Assembly: GCA_041650995.1 (NCBI GenBank)
Contig: JBAZJZ010000004.1
Location: 1 to 54,453, forward strand
DNA length: 54,453 nt
DNA from: Patescibacteria group bacterium
GTDB lineage: Bacteria > Patescibacteriota > Patescibacteriia > XYB2-FULL-38-15
Reading direction: 5' to 3'
This document shows positions 19,798 through 27,111 of the stretch, piece by piece. The number at the start of each line of letters is the position of its first letter. Positions within the stretch are counted from its first letter, which is position 1. The notes under the pieces were generated by a model. The model ran no database searches and was not told the DNA's origin. It was given only the letters and a program-made list of their open reading frames with translations. A program made the translations under genes and the position numbers.

Positions 19798-21216
19798 ATG
19801 TCTCTTACGCGCCAGGTCGCGCACAACATGTTTTATCAAGTCGGTGGAAAAATTCTTTCCACAATTTTAGGTTTGGTCGCGCTCGCCATGATGACGCGTT
19901 ATCTTGGCCAAGACGGCTACGGTGGATATACGACGATCATCTCTTTTTTACAATTTTTTGGAATTTTAGTTGACTTTGGTCTAACCTTAACCACGGTGCA
20001 GATGATTTCCGAACCAAATGCCAACATAAATAAAATTACGAGCAATATTTTTACTTTAAGATTTTTTTCTGCGGTAATTTTTCTGGGTCTCGCGCCGCTC
20101 GTTGTTCTTTTTTTTCCATACAGCTCTACTTTAAAAATTGGCGTAGCCGTCACCTCCATTTCTTTTCTTTTCATCGCCTTAAACCAGGTTCTAATCGGCC
20201 TCTTTCAAAAAAATCTCCGCATGGAAAAAGTCGCCATCGCAGAAAATCTCGGCCGAGTAGTCCTCGTTGCCGGAGTTACCGTAGCGATTTATATGAAAGC
20301 CGGCCTGCTAGCCATAATGCTCGCGGTAATTTTAGGAAGCTTTGCCAATTTTCTGGTTAATTTTCTTTTTTCCCTAAAATACGTTCGTATCAGATTTGTT
20401 TTTGATTGGCCAATCTGGAAAGAAATTTACCGCCGTTCCTGGCCCATCGGCCTTTCCATTGTTTTTAACCTTATATATTTGAAAGCTGATGTAATTGTTT
20501 TATCCCTTTTTCAAAATCAAGCCACAGTCGGCCTTTACGGCGCTTCCTATCGTGTCCTTGACGTCTTAACCACCCTCCCGATGATGTTTGCCGGGCTTGT
20601 TCTGCCTGTTTTAACTTCTTCCTGGGCAGAAAAAAATCTAGAGAGATTTTCGCGGGTTATTAAAAAATCTTTTGATTTTTTAATGATCATTATTATGCCA
20701 ATAATTTTTGGTACGATGCTTTTGGGTGAACGAATTATGAGTGCGGTAGCTGGCGAGGATTTTGGGGGCTCCGGAACGATTTTAAAAATTTTGATTCTGG
20801 CGGCCGGAGCGATTTTTGTTGGCACGCTTTTCGGCCACGTTATTGTCGCTATTAAAAAACAAAAACAAATGATCTGGGGATACGCCTCGGTTGCCCTCCT
20901 TTCTCTCGCTGGATATGTTATTTTTATTCCACTCTATACTTACTGGGCGGCGGCTTGGATCACTTTTCTTTCCGAAGGTGCGATTGCTCTTCTGACATTT
21001 TTTGTCGTTTGGAAAAATACCCGCCTGCTTCCATCGGGAAAAGTTCTTTGGAAGTCGATTTTCGCAAGTCTGTTTATGTGCCTCGCTCTTTATTTCTTAA
21101 TTGATATGAATCTTCTGTTTCTGATTTTTTGTGGCGCAGTTATTTATTTTGCTGTACTATATCTATTCCGCGGATATAATAAAGAAACTATCATGGAAAT
21201 TACTAAATTAAAATAA
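19798..21216 (+). CDS. Oligosaccharide flippase (Wzx/MOP superfamily)
   Basis: 472-aa polytopic membrane protein. Its N-terminus is typical of polysaccharide biosynthesis flippases (GGKILSTILGLVALAMMTRYLGQDGYG). Confidence 0.8.
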   Translation: MSLTRQVAHNMFYQVGGKILSTILGLVALAMMTRYLGQDGYGGYTTIISFLQFFGILVDFGLTLTTVQMISEPNANINKITSNIFTLRFFSAVIFLGLAPLVVLFFPYSSTLKIGVAVTSISFLFIALNQVLIGLFQKNLRMEKVAIAENLGRVVLVAGVTVAIYMKAGLLAIMLAVILGSFANFLVNFLFSLKYVRIRFVFDWPIWKEIYRRSWPIGLSIVFNLIYLKADVIVLSLFQNQATVGLYGASYRVLDVLTTLPMMFAGLVLPVLTSSWAEKNLERFSRVIKKSFDFLMIIIMPIIFGTMLLGERIMSAVAGEDFGGSGTILKILILAAGAIFVGTLFGHVIVAIKKQKQMIWGYASVALLSLAGYVIFIPLYTYWAAAWITFLSEGAIALLTFFVVWKNTRLLPSGKVLWKSIFASLFMCLALYFLIDMNLLFLIFCGAVIYFAVLYLFRGYNKETIMEITKLK

Positions 21217-22523
21217 TGCTTTGGCCAATTTTATTAATTTTATTTTTTTCTGCTTACGCCTACCTCGCTTGGCGAAATTTGCTTTGGGCGACTGCCGTCC
21301 TCCTCGCTCTCTTGCCAACATACTTAATCAGATTTTCTCTGGGACCAATGCCCATGACCGCTCTTGAGGCAATGATTTTTATTCTTTTTGTGGTTTGGGT
21401 TATAAAATTAAAAATCAAAAAAGAAAAATTCAACCATCCTTTAAAAATTTTAGAAAATAAAAAATGGGCGTGGCTTATATTTGCCTGGCTAACCTTCGCC
21501 ATTATTTCACTTTTAATTTCTCCCGACCTACGCGCCGCCGCGGGAATTTTTAAAGCCTATTTTTTTGAACCGATTATTTTTTTATTTGTTCTCCTGAGTA
21601 TTGTCAAAACAAAAAAAGATTTGGAAATAATTTTTTACGCTCTGGGGATTTCCGCGCTTTATGTTTCCGCTTTTGCCATTTACCAAAAATTTACCGGCTT
21701 CGCTATTCCAAACCCCATTTGGCAAGCGGCTGAAACACGCCGCGTTACAAGTTTTTATGGTTTCCCTAACGCTATTGGGCTTTATCTCGCGCCGATCATC
21801 GTGCTTTATGTCGGCTGGCTAATCTCAAAGTTTCAAGTTTCAAGTTTCAAGTTTAAAAAAATTATAATCACAAATCTTAAGCCGTTGATTTTCCAATTGT
21901 TTGTTATTATCTCTTCTCCCGCAGCTGTCGTCTTCGCCCGCTCCGAAGGTGCTTACGTTGGAATATTAGCTGGCTTATTTTTCCTTGGCATTCTTACAAA
22001 AAAATTGCGCAGGTCAACCATAGTGCTCGCGATTATTTTTGTTATGGTTGTTGCGCTCGTGCCGCAATTTAGAAATTATGCCGTGGAACAAATAACTTTT
22101 AAAAATGACTCTGGAAAAGTTCGGTTAATTATGTGGCAAGAAACGTGGCAGATGATCCGCGGCCGGCTTTTTTCCGGAGCGGGTTTAGCCGGCTACCAGG
22201 AAACTTTCGCGCCATACCACAAGGCAAAATATATTGAAATTTATCTTTATCCGCATAATTTATTTTTAAATTTTTGGAGCGAACTTGGCCTCGGCGGTTT
22301 GCTTGTTTTTTTACTGATCATCATAAAATTTTTTAAAGATAATATTAAAAAATTCTTTGCGCCTAATCCTGCGCTCTTTGTCACCCTCTCTGCTGCCATG
22401 ATTACAATTTTTGTTCATGGCCTTGTTGATGTTCCTTATTTCAAAAATGATTTAGCAATTTTATTTTGGTTAATTATTGGCCTCTCACTTTTAGAACTTA
22501 AAAAAATGCCGAAAAAAACGTAA
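21216..22523 (+). CDS. O-antigen ligase/polymerase-like (Wzy_C) membrane protein
   Basis: 435-aa polytopic membrane protein with a Wzy_C-like loop (RSEGAY) and YPHNLFLNFWSELGLGG. Its start overlaps the flippase stop (TAATG). Confidence 0.8.
   Translation: MLWPILLILFFSAYAYLAWRNLLWATAVLLALLPTYLIRFSLGPMPMTALEAMIFILFVVWVIKLKIKKEKFNHPLKILENKKWAWLIFAWLTFAIISLLISPDLRAAAGIFKAYFFEPIIFLFVLLSIVKTKKDLEIIFYALGISALYVSAFAIYQKFTGFAIPNPIWQAAETRRVTSFYGFPNAIGLYLAPIIVLYVGWLISKFQVSSFKFKKIIITNLKPLIFQLFVIISSPAAVVFARSEGAYVGILAGLFFLGILTKKLRRSTIVLAIIFVMVVALVPQFRNYAVEQITFKNDSGKVRLIMWQETWQMIRGRLFSGAGLAGYQETFAPYHKAKYIEIYLYPHNLFLNFWSELGLGGLLVFLLIIIKFFKDNIKKFFAPNPALFVTLSAAMITIFVHGLVDVPYFKNDLAILFWLIIGLSLLELKKMPKKT
21829..21854 (+). 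repeat. Heptanucleotide tandem repeat (AGTTTCA x3 plus a partial unit) inside the O-antigen-ligase-like CDS, followed by an A7 run
   Basis: It reads AGTTTCA AGTTTCA AGTTTCA AGTTTA then AAAAAA, and encodes KFQVSSFKFKK. Confidence 0.85.
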
Positions 22524-22539
22524 AATAAAAAATAAGCCC

Positions 22540-22564
22540 ACCCCTGCTAAACAGGGGCTTTTTT
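22540..22564 (+). terminator. Terminator after the flippase/ligase operon
   Basis: Stem CCCCTG/CAGGGG with a 5-nt loop, followed by CTTTTTT. Confidence 0.7.
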
Positions 22565-22575
22565 GTTAAAAGGGG

Positions 22576-22627
22576 TTGACATTTTCTTCAATTCATGTAA
22601 GAATATAATGTTTGGAACGTTCCAAAC
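22576..22627 (+). promoter_or_regulatory. Promoter-like region plus an 18-bp perfect palindrome upstream of the GC-rich lipoprotein gene
   Basis: TTGACA lies at 22576-22581. There are two candidate -10 elements: TG-n-AAGAAT (17-nt spacing) and TATAAT at 22604-22609 (22-nt spacing, too long). The palindrome GTTTGGAAC|GTTCCAAAC at 22610-22627 lies between the -10 region and the SD AGGAGAGGAGGGG. Confidence 0.55.
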
Positions 22628-22646
22628 TAGAGGAGAGGAGGGGTAG

Positions 22647-23351
22647 ATGGAAACCAAGCTGGCAACGATCGCGGTTGCTCTCGTGACGTTCGTGGCGATG
22701 GGCTGCGGCCTGAGCACTGAAGGCATGGGCATGGACGACGGGTCCGCTCCCGATGTCGAGCCCGACGAGATCGAGCCCGACATTTCCGAGGCCGACGCGG
22801 CCGAGGACGATGCCGAGCCAGACGAGACAACGCCGGACGAGACGGCCGAGGATGCTGAGGAAGACCTGCCCGAAGTCACGGACGACGTGGCCGAGGACGG
22901 CGAACCCGAGGATGTCGGCGGAGACGAGGCAGACGGCGACGAAGCCGAAGATGGCGGAGTTGTCGATCCTTGCGAACGTCCCGACATCCCGGCGCTCGGG
23001 ATCTACCTATTCTACTGCTTCACTGACGATCTCCACTCCGACATGACGCTCTGGCTCCAGATTGAACGAGGCGGACTGCCGATTGTCGGCTGGAGTGAAG
23101 TGACCGGTTGCACGGCAACGGGAGTGCGCTCGATGTTCTGCGAGCTGCCGCTCTACTACAACGCGGTCTATTTCTTCAACATTGAGACCCCCGGCGTCGG
23201 CATCGGCTGGTCCTGCGGACCAGGAACCGACGTGCTCTGGGGTACCCCAAGAATCTGGGTCAACCACGCCGAGCAGACAGTTAGGGTGGTCCCAAACATG
23301 GATGGGGGGTGCAATCATCAATTCACCACCCCGCCCTCCGGACCGCTCTAG
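22647..23351 (+). CDS. High-GC putative lipoprotein with an acidic low-complexity linker and a Cys-containing C-terminal domain
   Basis: 234-aa ORF with a signal peptide ending in the lipobox-like VAMGC. A ~90-aa Asp/Glu/Pro/Ala linker follows, then a ~130-aa domain with 7 Cys. It has a strong SD and a clean terminator. GC is far above the flanks. Confidence 0.75.
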   Translation: METKLATIAVALVTFVAMGCGLSTEGMGMDDGSAPDVEPDEIEPDISEADAAEDDAEPDETTPDETAEDAEEDLPEVTDDVAEDGEPEDVGGDEADGDEAEDGGVVDPCERPDIPALGIYLFYCFTDDLHSDMTLWLQIERGGLPIVGWSEVTGCTATGVRSMFCELPLYYNAVYFFNIETPGVGIGWSCGPGTDVLWGTPRIWVNHAEQTVRVVPNMDGGCNHQFTTPPSGPL

Positions 23352-23360
23352 GCGGTCATC

Positions 23361-23398
23361 CCCCGACGAGAGTTCACTCTTTCGTCGGGGCTTTTTTT
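23361..23398 (+). terminator. Terminator of the GC-rich lipoprotein gene
   Basis: A 9-bp stem CCCCGACGA/TCGTCGGGG followed by CTTTTTTT. Confidence 0.85.
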
Positions 23399-23409
23399 AA
23401 ATCTAAACC

Positions 23410-23438
23410 TTTACAAAATCATCAAAATGTGATATACT
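23410..23438 (+). promoter_or_regulatory. Near-consensus promoter with no annotated gene for ~200 nt (the next plus-strand feature is tRNA-Ser)
   Basis: TTTACA, a 17-nt spacer (ending TGTGA), then TATACT. Confidence 0.45.
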
Positions 23439-23647
23439 ATAATAATGTAAAAGAAAATCGGCTTTTTTATTTTTGTTAGCTGAAATTATAAAGCATACAA
23501 AATAGAAAAGAGGGGGACCTTTTGCGAAATTCGTTCTTTTTTCAAATTAACCCGCCGTCCAGGCGGGGTAAAAATTAAAACAAAAACAAAAATAAGGAGC
23601 CGCTGAGCTCTTTATTTTATTTTATGAAAATGTTAAGTTAAAAAAAT

Positions 23648-23734
23648 GGAAGGGTGGCTGAGTGGCCGAAAGCGCCGCACTCGAAATGCGGTATACCGGA
23701 AACGGTATCGTGAGTTCGAATCTCACCCCTTCCG
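23648..23734 (+). tRNA. tRNA-Ser (anticodon CGA)
   Basis: Acceptor stem GGAAGGG/CCCTTCC. Anticodon stem CCGCA/TGCGG with loop CTCGAAA. It has a long variable arm (TACCGGAAACGGTA) and a T arm GTGAG-TTCGAAT-CTCAC. Confidence 0.93.
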
Positions 23735-23760
23735 TTTTGACAAATCTTAAATATAAATTT

Positions 23761-24381
23761 ATGAAACTCCGCGGAACAAAACTGAGATATTATTTTTTGC
23801 AGGATATCAATCCTGTCATCCGTTTTCTTATTATTTCAGACACAGTCATTATGGGAGCGGCCGGTTTGCTTGGCCCGATTTTTGCGCTTTTTATCACCGA
23901 TTTCATCCGCGGCGGCAACGAAGCAGTCGCCGGTCTTGCTGCGGGCATCTATCTTTTAACAAAAAGCATTTTTCAAATTCCTATCGCTCACTTGATTGAT
24001 AGAATCCGCGGAGAAAAAGATGATTTTTGGCTCATGTTTATTTTTTCAATTTTTATTGCCATTATTCCCCTTCTGTATCTTATAATTGATACGCCGATTG
24101 AACTTTACGCCGTGCAATTTGTTTTAGGCCTTTTCACTGCTTTCACCTTTCCAACTTATATGGCAATATTTACCCGTCATATTGATAAAGAAAAAGAAGG
24201 AACAGAATGGGGCGTTTATTTTACCTTGACTGATTTGACTGGCGCGGCGCTCGCGGCTCTCGGCGGATATATTGCCGCCATAAGCGGTTTTCCTATTCTT
24301 ATTTTTACGGTTGTGATTGTTTCTACCCTGGGGGCGCTCTTGCTTTTGCCGATTAAATCTTACATTAAAACCTCAACTTAA
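23761..24381 (+). CDS. Six-TM membrane protein (half-size MFS-like)
   Basis: 206 aa from the ATG at 23761. The track ORF start at 23662 would overlap tRNA-Ser. The hydrophobic helices have MFS-like loops (HLIDRIRGEKDD). Confidence 0.65.
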   Translation: MKLRGTKLRYYFLQDINPVIRFLIISDTVIMGAAGLLGPIFALFITDFIRGGNEAVAGLAAGIYLLTKSIFQIPIAHLIDRIRGEKDDFWLMFIFSIFIAIIPLLYLIIDTPIELYAVQFVLGLFTAFTFPTYMAIFTRHIDKEKEGTEWGVYFTLTDLTGAALAALGGYIAAISGFPILIFTVVIVSTLGALLLLPIKSYIKTST

Positions 24382-24400
24382 AGCCCCCCCCGCACCGAAC

Positions 24401-24501
24401 TGAGTTGACAAAATCATTTTTTGGTATTATAATTCTGGATTGAAGAACTTAATTTTTCTGCTCTTACCGGCGGAATTTTTGTCTAAATCAATTTAAATTA
24501 T
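24401..24501 (+). promoter_or_regulatory. Copy 1 of a ~100-bp promoter-leader repeat (duplicate of the typA upstream region)
   Basis: TTGACA (24405-24410), a 17-nt spacer, then TATAAT (24428-24433). The leader is about 80% identical by eye to 29295-29394, including the AAATTATG at its end. Confidence 0.75.
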
Positions 24502-24512
24502 GTCTGCTCAAT

Positions 24513-25529
24513 ATGAGTGAACATTATAAATTCTCGGCTGAGACTGAATCATTTGAAAAAATAACATTAACCAAAGAAGAGGAAAGGGTCATTACAGGGC
24601 TAGGTATCGCGCCAGAAGACCTGCGTAAGCTTCTTGCTACCGACCCTTTTGCAGAAGGTAGCTATGCTTTGATTTTCGAATTACATGATAGGGCATCAAA
24701 TCTCGTTGTAAAGGCATGGAAAAATCGCAGACGTGATTCCGGGAGAGGGGCAAATGAAAACATAGCTCTACGTTTATTAAGGGCTCGTAATTTTAAACAC
24801 GCGCCAAAATTAAAGGGCTATTTACAACCGTCGACTATTCTTTTCGAAGAAAAAATTGAATGTGAGACTGTGGAACAGTTTGACAAAGATCATATTGAAC
24901 GGTTAGCGTTGGCGCTAGCTGACCTTCATTCTATAAAGCTTAATGCCTACGGCAAGCCCTTTACAAAAAGGAAGGAGGGTACTCACATGGACTATCTACT
25001 TGATGGAATTGAAACTCTCCAAAAAATTTCAGAACCCTTTGTGGATCAAACTGAAGCAATGTACCTTATCCATCGGTCGTTTGACAAGATGAAAGACATG
25101 GCAAATGATTCCAGCGATGCTTTTTCGTCTACAACTTTTACTCTGATCCACTTTGACTTAAACAAAAATAATATTCTATATTCTAAAAAAGACGGTGCTC
25201 CTGTTATTGTTGATTGGGAACAAGCTTCTGCCGGTGATAATGCAATGGATATAGCTAAGTTGTTTTTGAAATTGAATTTTAATATAAATCAAAAACAGGA
25301 TTTTTTGAAAATATATGAAAGTTGCCAAGTAAACCAGGATCCGCACTTTCGAGAGAGACTAAAAATTTATGAACCTTTTGTTCTTATTAATTCAATTATT
25401 TGGAGATTAGAAGTTTTACGTGATATGCCACAACAAATGTCATCAGACAACGAGAGTCAATTCTATGGTCGCGTTAAATCTAATCTTGATAAAGAAATCA
25501 AAATACTTACAAAGTTTATATCAGAATAA
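24513..25529 (+). CDS. APH/choline-kinase-fold phosphotransferase
   Basis: 338-aa ORF with the catalytic loop IHFDLNKNNIL and the metal-binding segment VIVDWEQASAGD. Confidence 0.8.
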   Translation: MSEHYKFSAETESFEKITLTKEEERVITGLGIAPEDLRKLLATDPFAEGSYALIFELHDRASNLVVKAWKNRRRDSGRGANENIALRLLRARNFKHAPKLKGYLQPSTILFEEKIECETVEQFDKDHIERLALALADLHSIKLNAYGKPFTKRKEGTHMDYLLDGIETLQKISEPFVDQTEAMYLIHRSFDKMKDMANDSSDAFSSTTFTLIHFDLNKNNILYSKKDGAPVIVDWEQASAGDNAMDIAKLFLKLNFNINQKQDFLKIYESCQVNQDPHFRERLKIYEPFVLINSIIWRLEVLRDMPQQMSSDNESQFYGRVKSNLDKEIKILTKFISE

Positions 25530-25539
25530 GTATCTATCT

Positions 25540-26418
25540 ATGGCGAAATTTGATTTACATTTTCATTCAACCTATTCTGACGGAAAATTATCTGTTCCGG
25601 CGCTTGCCGCAATTATCAAGCTAGAAAAACTAAAATTTTGCGCCCTCGCTGATCATGATAGTATTGACGGTGTTCGAGAACTAGAAATGTCCCTTGATGG
25701 CTCTGGCGTCAAAGTGATTACCGGAGTTGAGCTCACTGCAAAATATAACGATAATGAGGTGCATATTTTGGCTTATGATTTTGATGTCGACGCAGTAACG
25801 GAAATATTAAAGGAGCGTAATGAAATCGTACGACATAAAAAGATAGAGGAAATGGAGACCGCAATTAAGCTTTCCCGAAAAGAAGGACTTGAAGTTACTC
25901 GTGGTTTAATGCCGTTTGAAAAACAGCCAGTCAGTCTAACAGTTGCACTTGATATTTGCGCAAATAGTTTAAATCAAAACCTTTTTCTAAAAAAATATGG
26001 AAAGTATTTTATGCCAGAGGATGTATATTACGAGTATCAAGCACCGGGTAAATCTTGCGCCGTAGAAAGAAGTGGCGTTACCGTTACGTGGCTGGTGGAT
26101 AAATTTAAGGAAGTAGCGCGAGATTTGATTATCGCGCATCCATTCGTGTCAGAAAGCGTTGTTATGAAGCCGCTTGATGAGACGCGTATCAATGATTTAC
26201 TGATGATGGGAATCACCGGAATTGAAGTGTATCACAATAAAACTTCTGACGAACAAATTTCATTGTTAAAAAAAATAACTAACGAGCGGGGAATTCACTA
26301 TACTGGCGGATCTGATTTTCATGGAAAAAAAACAGATACACCTATCGGCCAGTATGGTCACGATCGAGATATCCCTGATTTTTATCTTTCAAACTATCGC
26401 TCAACCAGAGGGGGGTAA
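25540..26418 (+). CDS. PHP-domain metal-dependent phosphoesterase (TrpH/YciV-like)
   Basis: Starting from ATG 25540 it reads MAKFDLHFHSTYSDGKLSVPALA, then ALADHDSIDG, ITGVELTA, VHILAY and GGSDFHG. The upstream extension to 25420 overlaps the kinase gene. Confidence 0.85.
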   Translation: MAKFDLHFHSTYSDGKLSVPALAAIIKLEKLKFCALADHDSIDGVRELEMSLDGSGVKVITGVELTAKYNDNEVHILAYDFDVDAVTEILKERNEIVRHKKIEEMETAIKLSRKEGLEVTRGLMPFEKQPVSLTVALDICANSLNQNLFLKKYGKYFMPEDVYYEYQAPGKSCAVERSGVTVTWLVDKFKEVARDLIIAHPFVSESVVMKPLDETRINDLLMMGITGIEVYHNKTSDEQISLLKKITNERGIHYTGGSDFHGKKTDTPIGQYGHDRDIPDFYLSNYRSTRGG

Positions 26419-26427
26419 ATAAAAAAT

Positions 26428-27111
26428 ATGCCGAATACTCTATTGATTCAAGAAGTTACAAAAGTATTGAGGAATAAATACAAAAAATTTAAGGCTATCC
26501 GATCAGCTTATATTTTTGGAAGTCTATTAACAGACAATTTTCATAAAAAAAGTGATGTAGATATATTGTTTATTGTTGAGGATGTTAAAGATCGCTGTGA
26601 ATTTTTGAAAAAAATTAAAGCTGTGCGCACCACAGTGAAGGATTTAAAATTAGATATTAATATTGTATTTGAAAGAGAGTTTCGCCATCTTTGGCATATT
26701 TTTAGACCACCAACATTCTTTATCTGGATTAAACAGCAAAATATATTATTATGGGGCAAAGACTCTCTGCGTGATCTTAGAAAAGAAAAAATTACCGTAA
26801 AGACTATATACAAACGCGCCGTCGATTTATCCCAAGGCTGTAGGTCTGTATATTTGAATGATAAAGATGTGGCATTTTGGGAAACTAGATATATCAGATG
26901 GCTACGCGAGTTGCAATACGGAATATTATATCTTTATGGGGAGATTGAGTTAGATTCAAAATTATGCAGTAAAAAACTAGGCACAGCTCTCCCTGAAATC
27001 AAAAAACAAACACAACTTTTGTCAAAAAAAACATTGCCCATTAAATCCCTCTCTGAAATAGCTGAAAAATTTGTACTCTGTGTTTACAAAAATTTTGTCA
27101 AAAAAACATGA
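26428..27111 (+). CDS. Pol-beta-superfamily nucleotidyltransferase with a helical C-terminal domain
   Basis: 227-aa ORF with the motif GSLLTDNFHKKSDVDILF (GS-x10-DxD). Its stop overlaps the next start (ATGA). Confidence 0.75.
   Translation: MPNTLLIQEVTKVLRNKYKKFKAIRSAYIFGSLLTDNFHKKSDVDILFIVEDVKDRCEFLKKIKAVRTTVKDLKLDINIVFEREFRHLWHIFRPPTFFIWIKQQNILLWGKDSLRDLRKEKITVKTIYKRAVDLSQGCRSVYLNDKDVAFWETRYIRWLRELQYGILYLYGEIELDSKLCSKKLGTALPEIKKQTQLLSKKTLPIKSLSEIAEKFVLCVYKNFVKKT

Noticed and set aside
22547-23400. ORFs 22547..22987 (-), 22627..22830 (-), 22753..23046 (+), 23007..23321 (-) and 23182..23400 (+)
   Set aside because: These are shadow frames of the GC-rich lipoprotein gene. They give Ser/Pro/Arg-rich translations and have no start context.
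23662-23760. N-terminal extension of ORF 23662..24381
   Set aside because: It would be translated through tRNA-Ser (23648-23734). The ATG at 23761 gives a sensible membrane-protein N-terminus.
24499-24519. 6-codon ORF (MSAQYE) as a regulatory leader peptide
   Set aside because: It is more simply explained as the vestigial typA start codon carried along with the duplicated promoter-leader. There is no evidence for an attenuation structure.
25420-25539. Upstream extension of the PHP gene, with similar extensions at 36368-36409, 32431-32445, 37765-37773 and 32272-32370
   Set aside because: The extensions overlap the preceding gene or use non-ATG starts without an SD. Internal ATGs give canonical N-termini (for example MAKFDLHFHS, MKKSIKN signal peptide, MTQKIRKVIIPVAGYG).
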